Source: the human T2T-CHM13v2.0 reference genome, Homo sapiens
Length of the DNA stretch: 64,000 nt
Strand: one strand, 5' to 3'
Assembly (NCBI RefSeq): GCF_009914755.1
Contig: NC_060939.1
Shown: piece after piece, positions 1-12,422 of the stretch
Numbering within the stretch: the stretch's first letter is position 1
Layout of the letters: the number at the start of each line of letters is the position of its first letter
Notes under the pieces: model-generated
Told to the model about the DNA's origin: nothing
The model's input: the letters and a program-made list of their open reading frames with translations, nothing else
Database searches by the model: none
Made by a program: the position numbers and the translations under genes

Positions 1-762
1 TCCGTTCAATCCATTCCATTCCAGTCCATTCCATTCGAGTCCGTTCCATTCCAGTCCATTCCATTCGAGTCAATTCCATTCCATTCGATGTCTTTCCATA
101 ACGATCCATTCCATTCTATTCCTTTGGATTCCATTCCATTCTATTTCATTCCATTCGATTCCCTTCCATTGGACTCCTTTCCATTCGAGTGCATTCCATT
201 CCGTTCCATTTCTTTCCGTTCTGTACGATTCCTACCGTTCGATTTCATTTTGTTCCAGTCCATTCCTTTCGCGTCCATTCCATTCCATTTCACTCCATTC
301 GATTCCATTCCACTCGATTCCACTTCGTTCCATTTCATTGCATTCCATTCTATTCAACTCTATTGCCTTCCATTCCATTCCATTCGATTACATTCCATGC
401 GATTCCATTCGAAATCGAATCAATTACATTGCAATCCATTACTATTGAGTCCATTTTATTCCAGTCCACTGCATTCTGGTCCATTCCATTTGATTCCATT
501 CCATTCTATTCCATTCCATACAGTTGCATTCCATTGGATTCCATTCTATATCTATAAATTCAATTCGAGACCATTGCTTTTGAATCCATTCCATAGGATT
601 CCATTCCATTCAAGTCCATTACATTTGGTTCAATTCCATTCCATTCCATTCCCTTCCATTCCATTCCAGTTGATATCAATCCATTCGATTCCATTCCATT
701 CGAGCACATTCCATTCCAGTCCATTCCATTCGATGCCATTACATTTGATTCTATTCCATTAG

Positions 763-896
763 TCTCCATTCAATTCCATTAATCTCCATTCCATTCCATT
801 CTACTCCAACTGATTCCATTCCATTCTATTCCTTTCCATTCCATTTCATTCCATTCCATTCCGTTCCATTACATACCATTCGCTTCCATTCCATTC
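763..896. repeat. Length-variable (CCATT/TCATT) micro-VNTR within each monomer (first copy shown)
   Basis: The distance between fixed landmarks (end of the 308-aa pseudo-ORF to the first CGTGTCC) is 135, 140, 125, 150, 145 bp etc. in different units, always changing in steps of 5. Confidence 0.9.
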
Positions 897-1171
897 GTGT
901 CCATTCCACTCCAGTCCATTCCATTCGTGTCCATTCCATTCCAGTCCATTCCATTTGTGTCCACTGCATTCCATTCCACTCCATTCCATATTATTCCATT
1001 ACACTCCATTCCATTCTATTACTTTCATTTCCATTCAATTCCGTTCCATTTGATTCCATTCCACTCGGTTTCATTCCATTTGAGTCCACTCCATTCCATT
1101 CCATTCCATTCCATTCAGTTCCATTCCATTCTGTTCCATTCCATTCCGTTCCATTGCATTCCATTCCATTC

Positions 1172-1177
1172 GGTACC
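1172..1177. other. KpnI site GGTACC, single per monomer (first copy shown)
   Basis: cGGTACCatt at 1172, recurring once per unit; mutated to GGTATC at 10172. Confidence 0.95.
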
Positions 1178-4100
1178 ATTCCATATTGTTCCATTCGATT
1201 CCATTCGAATCCATTCCATTCCAGTCCATTCCATTCGATTCCATTCCATTCCTTTCAATTCCATTCCATTCCATTCCATTCCACTTGATTCCACTCCATT
1301 CCCTTCCACTGCATTCCATTCGATTCCATTCCATTGCATTGCATTCCATTCCATTGGACTGCATTCCATTCGATTCCATTCCATTCGAATCAATTACATA
1401 GCAATCCATTACATTCGAGTCTATTCTATTCCGTTCCATTCGATTTCATTCCAATCCATTCGATTCCATTCCATACTATTGCATTCCATTCGATTACATT
1501 ATATTCGAATAAGATCCATTCAAGACCATTTCTTTTGAGTTCATTCTATTTGAGTCCATTCCCTTTGATTCCATAACATTTGAGTCCATTCAATTCCATT
1601 CCTTTCATTTGCATTCCATTTGATGCCATTCCATTCAATTCTGTGCTACTCGACTCCAATACATTCAATTCCATTCCATCCGATTCCATTACATTCTTTT
1701 CATTTCTTATCCATTTCAAGCCATTCCACTCCATTCCATTCCACTCGTTTCCTTTCCATTCGAGTCCATTCCTCTCCAGTCCATTCCGTTCAATCCATTC
1801 CATTCCAGTCCATTCCATTCGAGTCCGTTCCATTCCAGTCCATTCCATTCGAGTCAATTCCATTCCATTCGATATCTTTCCATAACGATCCATTCCATTC
1901 TATTCCTTTGGGTTCCATTCCATTCTATTTCATTCCATTCGATTCCCTTCCATTGGACTCCTTTCCATTCGAGTGCATTCCATTCCGTTCCATTTCTTTC
2001 CGTTCTGTACGATTCCTACCGTTCGATTTCATTTTGTTCCAGTCCATTCCTTTCGCGTCCATTCCATTCCATTTCACTCCATTCGATTCCATTCCACTCG
2101 ATTCCACTTCGTTCCATTTCATTGCATTCCATTCTATTCAACTCTATTGCCTTCCATTCCATTCCATTCGATTACATTCCATGCGATTCCATTCGAAATC
2201 GAATCAATTACATTGCAATCCATTACTATTGAGTCCATTTTATTCCAGTCCACTGCATTCTGGTCCATTCCATTTGATTCCATTCCATTCTATTCCATTC
2301 CATACAGTTGCATTCCATTGGATTCCATTCTATATCTATAAATTCAATTCGAGACCATTGCTTTTGAATCCATTCCATAGGATTCCATTCCATTCAAGTC
2401 CATTACATTTGGTTCAATTCCATTCCATTCCATTCCCTTCCATTCCATTCCAGTTGATATCAATCCATTCGATTCCATTCCATTCGAGCACATTCCATTC
2501 GAGTCCATTCCATTCGATGCCATTCCATTTGATTCTATTCCATTAGTCTCCATTCAATTCCATTAATCTCCATTCCATTCCATTCTACTCCAACTGATTC
2601 CATTCCATTCTATTCCTTTCCATTCCATTTCATTCCATTCCATTCCATTTCATTCCATTCCATTCCATTCGCTTCCATTCCATTCGTGTCCATTCCACTC
2701 CAGTCCATTCCATTCGTGTCCATTCCATTCCAGTCCATTCCATTTGTGTCCACTGCATTCCATTCCACTCCATTCCATATTATTCCATTACACTCCCTTC
2801 CATTCTATTACTTTCATTTCCATTGAATTCCGTTCCATTTGATTCCATTCCACTCGGTTTCATTCCATTTGAGTCCACTCCATTCCATTCCATTCCATTC
2901 CATTCAGTTCCATTCCATTCTGTTCCATTCCATTCCGTTCCATTGCATTCCATTCCATTCGGTACCATTCCATATTGTTCCATTCGATTCCATTCGAATC
3001 CATTCCATTCCAGTCCATTCCATTCGTTTCCATTCCATTCCTTTCAATTCCATTCCATTCCATTCCATTCCACTTGATTCCACTCAATTCCCTTCCACTG
3101 CATTCCATTCGATTCCATTCCATTGCATTGCATTCCATTCCATTGGACTGCATTCCATTCGATTCCATTCCATTCGAATCAATTACATAGCAATCCATTA
3201 CATTCGAGTCTATTCTATTCCGTTCCGTTCGATTTCGTTCCAATCCATTCGATTCCATTCCATTCGATTCCATTCCATACTATTGCATTCCATTCGATTA
3301 CATTATATTCGAATAAGTTCCATTCAAGACCATTTCTTTTGAGTCCATTCTATTTGAGTCCATTCCCTTTGATTCCATAACATTTGAGTCCATTCAATTC
3401 CATTCCTTTCGTTTCCATTCCATTTGATGCCATTCCATTCAATTCTGTTCTACTCGACTCCAATACATTCAATTCCATTCCATCCGATTCCATTACATTC
3501 TTTTCATTTCTTATCCATTTCAAGCCATTCCACTCCATTCCATTCCACTCGTTTCCTTTCCATTCGAGTCCATTCCTCTCCAGTCCATTCCGTTCAATCC
3601 ATTCCATTCCAGTCCATTCCATTCGAGTCCGTTCCATTCCAGTCCAATCCATTCGAGTCAATTCCATCCCATTCGATGTCTTTCCATAACGATCCATTCC
3701 ATTCTATTCCTTTCGATTCCATTCCATTCTATTTCATTCCATTCGATTCCCTTCCATTGGACTCCTTTCCATTCGAGTGCATTCCATTCCGTTCCATTTC
3801 TTTCCGTTCTGTACGATTCCTACCGTTCGATTTCATTTTGTTCCAGTCCATTCCTTTCGCGTCCATTCCATTCCATTTCACTCCATTCGATTCCATTCCA
3901 CTCGATTCCACTTCGTTCCATTTCATTGCATTCCATTCTATTCAACTCTATTGCCTTCCATTCCATTCCATTCGATTACATTCCATGCGATTCCATTCGA
4001 AATCGAATCAATTACATTGCAATCCATTACTATTGAGTCCATTTTATTCCAGTCCACTGCATTCTGGTCCATTCCATTTGATTCCATTCCATTCTATTCC

Positions 4101-7100
4101 ATTCCATACAGTTGCATTCCATTGGATTCCATTCTATATCTATAAATTCAATTCGAGACCATTGCTTTTGAATCCATTCTATATGATTCCATTCCATTCA
4201 AGTCCATTACATTTGGTTCAATTCCATTCCATTCCATTCCGTTCCATTCCATTCCAGTTGATATCAATCCATTCGATTCCATTCCATTCGAGCACATTCC
4301 ATTCGAGTCCATTCCATTCGATGCCATTCCATTTGATTCTATTCCATTAGTCTCCATTCAATTCCATTAATCTCCATTCCATTCCATTCTACTCCAACTG
4401 ATTCCATTCCATTCTATTCCTTTCCATTCCATTTCATTCCATTCCATTCCATTTCATTCCATTCCATTCCATTTCATTCCATTCCATTCCATTCGCTTCC
4501 ATTCGTGTCCATTCCACTCCAGTCCATTCCATTCGTGTCCATTCCATTCCAGTCCATTCCATTTGTGTCCACTGCATTCCATTCCACTCCATTCCATATT
4601 ATTCCATTACACTCCATTCCATTCTAATACTTTCATTTCCATTCAATTCCATTCCATTTGATTCCATTCCACTCGGTTTCATTCCATTTGAGTCCACTCC
4701 ATTCCATTCCATTCCATTCCATTCAGTTCCATTCCATTCTGTTCCATTCCATTCCGTTCCATTGCATTCCATTCCATTCGGTACCATTCCATATTGTTCC
4801 ATTCGATTCCATTCGAATCCATTCCATTCCAGTCCATTCCATTCGATTCCATTCCATTCCTTTACATTCCATTCCATTCCATTCCATTCCACTTGATTCC
4901 ACTCCATTCCCTTCCACTGCATTCCATTCGATTCCATTCCATTGCATTGCATTCCATTCCATTGGACTGCATTCCATTCGATTCCATTCCATTCGAATCA
5001 ATTACATAGCAATCCATTACATTCGAGTCTATTCTATTCCGTTCCATTCGATTTCCTTCCAATCCATTCGATTCCATTCCATTCGATTCCATTCCATACT
5101 ATTGCATTCCATTCTATTACATTATATTCGAATAAGTTCCATTCAAGACCATTTCTTTTGAGTCCATTCTATTTGAGTCCATTCCCTTTGATTCCATAAC
5201 ATTTGAGTCCATTCAATTCCATTCCTTTCGTTTCCATTCCATTTGATGCCATTCCATTCAATTCTGTTCTACTCGACTCCAATACATTCAATTCCATTCC
5301 ATCCGATTCCATTACATTCTTTTCATTTCTTATCCATTTCAAGCCATTCCACTCCATTCCATTCCACTCGTTTCCTTTCCATTCGAGTCCATTCCTCTCC
5401 AGTCCATTCCGTTCAATCCATTCCATTCCAGTCCATTCCATTCGAGTCCGTTCCATTCCAGTCCATTCCATTCGAGTCAATTCCATTCCATTCGATGTCT
5501 TTCCATAACGATCCATTCCATTCTATTCCTTTCGATTCCATTCCATTCTATTTCATTCCATTCGATTCCCTTCCATTGGACTCCTTTCCATTCGAGTGCA
5601 TTCCATTCCGTTCCATTTCTTTCCGTTCTGTGCGATTCCTACCGTTTGATTTCATTTTGTTCCAGTCCATTCCTTTCGCGTCCATTCCATTCCATTTCAC
5701 TCCATTCGATTCCATTCCACTCGATTCCACTTCGTTCCATTTCATTGCATTCCATTCTATTCAACTCTATTGCCTTCCATTCCATTCCATTCGATTACAT
5801 TCCATGCGATTCCATTCGAAATCGAATCAATTACATTGCAATCCATTACTATTGAGTCCATTTTATTCCAGTCCACTGCATTCTGGTCCATTCCATTTGA
5901 TTCCATTCCATTCTATTCCATTCCATACAGTTGCATTCCATTGGATTCCATTCTATATCTATAAATTCAATTCGAGACCATTGCTTTTGAATCCATTCTA
6001 TATGATTCCATTCCATTCAAGTCCATTACATTTGGTTCAATTCCATTCCATTCCATTCCCTTCCATTCCATTCCAGTTGATATCAATCCATTCGATTCCA
6101 TTCCATTCGAGCACATTCCTTTCGAGTCCATTACATTCGATGCCATTACATTTGATTCTATTCCATTAGTCTCCACTCAATTCCATTAATCTCCATTCCA
6201 TTCCATTCTACTCCAACTGATTCCATTCCATTCTATTCCTTTCCATTCCATTTCATTCCATTCCATTCCGTTCCATTACATTCCATTCGCTTCCATTCCA
6301 TTCGTGTCCATTCCACTCCAGTCCATTCCATTCGTGTCCATTCCATTCCAGTCCATTCCATTTGTGTCCACTGCATTCCATTCCACTCCATTCCATATTA
6401 TTCCATTACACTCCATTCCATTCTATTACTTTCATTTCCATTCAATTCCGTTCCATTTGATTCCATTCCACTCGGTTTCATTCCATTTGAGTCCACTCCA
6501 TTCCATTCCATTCCATTCCATTCAGTTCCATTCCATTCTGTTCCATTCCATTCCGTTCCATTGCATTCCATTCCATTCGGTACCATTCCATATTGTTCCA
6601 TTCGATTCCATTCGAATCCATTCCATTCCAGTCCATTCCATTCGATTCCATTCCATTCCTTTCAATTCCATTCCATTCCATTCCATTCCACTTGATTCCA
6701 CTCCATTCCCTTCCACTGCATTCCATTCGATTCCATTCCATTGCATTGCATTCCATTCCATTGGACTGCATTCCATTCGATTCCATTCCATTCGAATCAA
6801 TTACATAGCAATCCATTACATTCGAGTCTATTCTATTCCGTTCCATTCGATTTCATTCCAATCCATTCGATTCCATTCCATACTATTGCATTCCATTCTA
6901 TTACATTATATTCGAATAAGATCCATTCAAGACCATTTCTTTTGAGTTCATTCTATTTGAGTCCATTCCCTTTGATTCCATAACATTTGAGTCCATTCAA
7001 TTCCATTCCTTTCGTTTGCATTCCATTTGATGCCATTCCATTCAATTCTGTGCTACTCGACTCCAATACATTCAATTCCATTCCATCCGATTCCATTACA

Positions 7101-10100
7101 TTCTTTTCATTTCTTATCCATTTCAAGCCATTCCACTCCATTCCATTCCACTCGTTTCCTTTCCATTCGAGTCCATTCCTCTCCAGTCCATTCCGTTCAA
7201 TCCATTCCATTCCAGTCCATTCCATTCGAGTCCGTTCCATTCCAGTCCATTCCATTCGAGTCAATTCCATTCCATTCGATGTCTTTCCATAACGATCCAT
7301 TCCATTCTATTCCTTTGGATTCCATTCCATTCTATTTCATTCCATTCGATTCCCTTCCATTGGACTCCTTTCCATTCGAGTGCATTCCATTCCGTTCCAT
7401 TTCTTTCCGTTCTGTACGATTCCTACCGTTCGATTTCATTTTGTTCCAGTCCATTCCTTTCGCGTCCATTCCATTCCATTTCACTCCATTCGATTCCATT
7501 CCACTCGATTCCACTTCGTTCCATTTCATTGCATTCCATTCTATTCAACTCTATTTCCTTCCATTCCATTCCATTCGATTACATTCCATGCGATTCCATT
7601 CGAAATCGAATCAATTACATTGCAATCCATTACTATTGAGTCCGTTTTATTCCAGTCCACTGCATTCTGGTCCATTCCATTTGATTCCATTCCATTCTAT
7701 TCCATTCCATACAGTTGCATTCCATTGGATTCCATTCTATATCTATAAATTCAATTCGAGACCATTGCTTTTGAATCCATTCCATAGGATTCCATTCCAT
7801 TCAAGTCCATTACATTTGGTTCAATTCCATTCCATTCCATTCCCTTCCATTCCATTCCAGTTGATATCAATCCATTCGATTCCATTCCATTCGAGCACAT
7901 TCCATTCCAGTCCATTCCATTCGATGCCATTACATTTGATTCTATTCCATTAGTCTCCATTCAATTCCATTAATCTCCATTCCATTCCATTCTACTCCAA
8001 CTGATTCCATTCCATTCTATTCCTTTCCATTCCATTTCATTCCATTCCATTCCGTTCCATTACATTCCATTCGCTTCCATTCCATTCGTGTCCATTCCAC
8101 TCCAGTCCATTCCATTCGTGTCCATTCCATTCCAGTCCATTCCATTTGTGTCCACTGCATTCCATTCCACTCCATTCCATATTATTCCATTACACTCCAT
8201 TCCATTCTATTACTTTCATTTCCATTCAATTCCGTTCCATTTGATTCCATTCCACTCGGTTTCATTCCATTTGAGTCCACTCCATTCCATTCCATTCCAT
8301 TCCATTCAGTTCCATTCCATTCTGTTCCATTCCATTCCGTTCCATTGCATTCCATTCCATTCGGTACCATTCCATATTGTTCCATTCGATTCCATTCGAA
8401 TCCATTCCATTCCAGTCCATTCCATTCGATTCCATTCCATTCATTTCAATTCCATTCCATTCCATTCCATTACATTCCACTTGATTCCTCTCCATTCCCT
8501 TCCACTGCATTCCGTTCGATTCCATTCCATTGCATTGCATTCCATTCCATTGGATTGCATTCCATTCGATTCCATTCCATTCGAATCAATTACATAGCAA
8601 TCCATTACATTCGAGTCTATTCTATTCCGTTCCATTCGATTTCGTTCCAATCCATTCGATTCCATTCCATTCGATTCCATTCCATACTATTGCATTCCAT
8701 TCTATTACATTATATTCGAATAAGTTCCATTCAAGACCATTTCTTTTGAGTCCATTCTATTTGAGTCCATTCCCTTTGATTCCATAACATTTGAGTCCAT
8801 TCAATTCCATTCCTTTCGTTTCCATTCCATTTGATGCCATTCCATTCAATTCTGTTCTACTCGACTCCAATACATTCAATTCCATTCCATCCGATTCCAT
8901 TACATTCTTTTCATTTCTTATCCATTTCAAGCCATTCCACTCCATTCCATTCCACTCGTTTCCTTTCCATTCGAGTCCATTCCTCTCCAGTCCATTCCGT
9001 TCAATCCATTCCATTCCAGTCCATTCCATTCGAGTCCGTTCCATTCCAGTCCTCTCTATTCGAGTCAATTCCATCCCATTCGATGTCTTTCCATAACGAT
9101 CCATTCCATTCTATTCCTTTCGATTCCATTCCATTCTATTTCATTCAATTCGATTCCCTTCCATTGGACTCCTTTCCATTCGAGTGCATTCCATTCCGTT
9201 CCATTTCTTACCGTTCTGTACGATTCCTACCGTTCGATTTCATTTTGTTCCAGTCCATTCCTTTCGCGTCCATTTCATTCCATTTCACTCCATTCGATTC
9301 CATTCCACTCGATTCCACTTCGTTCCATTTCATTGCATTCCATTCTATTCAACTCTATTGCCTTCCATTCCATTCCATTCGATTACATTCCATGCGATTC
9401 CGTTCAAAATCGAATCAGTTACATTGCAATCCATTACTATTGAGTCCATTTTATTCCAGTCCTCTGCATTCTGGTCCATTCCATTTGATTCCATTCCATT
9501 CTATTCCATTCCATACAGTTGCATTCCATTGGATTCCATTCTATATCTATAAATTCAATTCGAGACCATTGCTTTTGAATCCATTCTATATGATTCCATT
9601 CCATTCAAGTCCATTACATTTGGTTCAATTCCATTCCATTCCATTCCCTTCCATTCCATTCCAGTTGATATCAATCCATTCGATTCCATTCCATTCGAGC
9701 ACATTCCATTCGAGTCCATTCCATTCGATGCCATTCCATTTGATTCTATTCCATTAGTCTCCATTCAATTCCATTAATCTCCATTCCATTCCATTCTACT
9801 CCAACTGATTCCATTCCATTCTATTCCTTTCCATTCCATTTCATTCCATTCCATTCCATTTCATTCCATTCCATTCCATTCGCTTCCATTCCATTCGTGT
9901 CCATTCCACTCCAGTCCATTCCATTCGTGTCCATTCCATTCCAGTCCATTCCATTTGTGTCCACTGCATTCCATTCCACTCCATTCCATATTATTCCATT
10001 ACACTCCATTCCATTCTATTACTTTCATTTCCATTCAATTCCATTCCATTTGATTCCATTCCACTCGGTTTCATTCCATTTGAGTCCACTCCATTCCATT

Positions 10101-12422
10101 CCATTCCATTCCATGCAGTTCCATTCCATTCTGTTCCATTCCATTCCGTTCCATTGCATTCCATTCCATTCGGTATCATTCCATATTGTTCCATTCGATT
10201 CCATTCGAATCCATTCCATTCCAGTCCATTCCATTCGATTCCATTCCATTCCATTCAATTCCATTCCATTCCATTCCATTCCACTTGATTCCACTCCATT
10301 CCCTTCCACTGCATTCCATTCGATTCCATTCCATTGCATTGCATTCCATTCCATTGGACTGCATTCCATTCGATTCCATTCCATTCGAATCAATTACATA
10401 GCAATCCATTACATTCGAGTCTATTCTATTCCATTCCATTCGATTTCCTTCCAATCCATTCGATTCCATTCCATTCGATTCCATTCCATACTATTGCATT
10501 CCATTCTATTACATTATATTCGAATAAGTTCCATTCAAGACCATTTCTTTTGAGTCCATTCTATTTGAGTCCATTCCCTTTGATTCCATAATATTTGAGT
10601 CCATTCAATTCCATTCCTTTCGTTTCCATTCCATTTGATGCCATTCCATTCAATTCTGTTCTACTCGACTCCAATACATTCAATTCATTCCATCCGATTC
10701 CATTACATTCTTTTCATTTCTTATCCATTTCAAGCTATTCCACTCCATTCCATTCCACTCGTTTCCTTTCAATTCGAGTCCATTCCTCTCCAGTCCATTC
10801 CGTTCAATCCATTCCATTCCAGTCCATTCCATTCGAGTCCGTTCCATTCCAGTCCATTCCATTCGAGTCAATTCCATTCCATTCGATGTCTTTCCATAAC
10901 GATCCATTCCATTCTATTCCTTTCGATTCCATTCCATTCTATTTCATTCCACTCGATTCCCTTCCATTGGACTCCTTTCCATTCGAGTGCATTCCATTCC
11001 GTTCCATTTCTTTCCGTTCTGTACGATTCCTACCGTTCGATTTCATTTTGTTCCAGTCCATTCCTTTCGCGTCCATTCCATTCCATTTCACTCCATTCGA
11101 TTCCATTCCACTCGATTCCACTTCGTTCCATTTCATTGCATTCCATTCTATTCAACTCTATTTCCTTCCATTCCATTCCATTCGATTACATTCCATGCGA
11201 TTCCATTCGAAATGGAATCAATTACATTGTAATCCATTACTATTGAGTCCGTTTTATTCCAGTCCACTGCATTCTGGTCCATTCCATTTGATTCCATTCC
11301 ATTTTATTCCATTCCATACAGTTGCATTCCATTGGATTCCATGCTATATCTATAAATTCAATTCGAGACCATTGCTTTTGAGTCCATTCTATATGATTCC
11401 ATTCCATTCAAGTCCATTACATTTGGTTCAATTCCATTCCATTCCATTCCCTTCCATTCCATTCCATTTGATATCAATCCATTCGATTCCATTCCATTCG
11501 AGCACATTCCATTCGAGTCCATTCCATTCGATGCCATTCCATTTGATTCTATTCCATTAGTCTCCATTCAATTCCATTAATCTCCATTCCATTCCATTCT
11601 ACTCCAACTGATTCCATTCCATTCTATTCCTTTCCATTCCATTTCATTCCATTCCATTCCATTTCATTCCATTCCATTCCATTCGTGTCCATTCCACTCC
11701 AGTCCATTCCATTCGTGTCCATTCCATTCCAGTCCATTCCATTTGTGTCCACTGCATTCCATTCCACTCCATTCCATATTATTCCATTACACTCCATTCC
11801 ATTCTATTACTTTCATTTCCATTTAATTCCATTCCATTTGATTCCATTCCACTCGGTTTCATTCCATTTGAGTCCACTCCATTCCATTCCATTCCATTCC
11901 ATTCAGTTCCATTCCATTCTGTTCCATTCCATTCCGTTCCATTGCATTCCATTCCATTCGGTACCATTCCATATTGTTCCATTCGATTCCATTCGAATCC
12001 ATTCCATTCCAGTCCATTCCATTCGATTCCATTCCATTCCTTTCAATTCCATTCCATTCCATTCCATTCCACTTGATTCCACTCCATTCCCTTCCACTGC
12101 ATTCCATTCGATTCCATTCCATTGCATTGCATTCCATTCCATTGGACTGCATTCCATTCGATTCCATTCCATTCGAATCAATTACATAGCAATCCATTAC
12201 ATTCGAGTCTATTCTATTCCGTTCCATTCGATTTCATTCCAATCCATTCGATTCCATTCCATTCGATTCCATTCCATACTATTGCATTCCATTCTATTAC
12301 ATTATATTCGAATAAGTTCCATTCAAGACCATTTCTTTTGAGTCCATTCTATTTGAGTCCATTCCCTTTGATTCCATAACATTTGAGTCCATTCAATTCC
12401 ATTCCTTTCGTTTCCATTCCAT

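Noticed and set aside
1196-1220. Canonical heat-shock element around TTCGAATCCATTC
   Set aside because: TTC and GAA abut with no 2-bp spacer, so it does not match nTTCnnGAAnnTTCn. Only head-to-tail nGAAn units are present.
1506-1515. Polyadenylation signal
   Set aside because: The sequence is AATAAG, not AATAAA or ATTAAA, and there is no transcript context.
1546-1893. Minus-strand MEWNG-repeat ORFs resembling pentapeptide-repeat proteins
   Set aside because: These are a direct translation of (GGAAT)n, which supplies ATG every 5 bp. This is a known source of spurious proteins, including human-contaminated microbial annotations.
1620-2546. Recurring 308-aa ORF and all other + strand HSIPF-rich ORFs
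   Set aside because: (CATTC)n has no stop codon in any frame and translates to HSIPF repeats. The ORFs overlap in several frames, many use TTG/GTG starts, none has a recognisable domain, and copies are freely broken (frameshifts at 10686 and ~16815, stop at ~63299).
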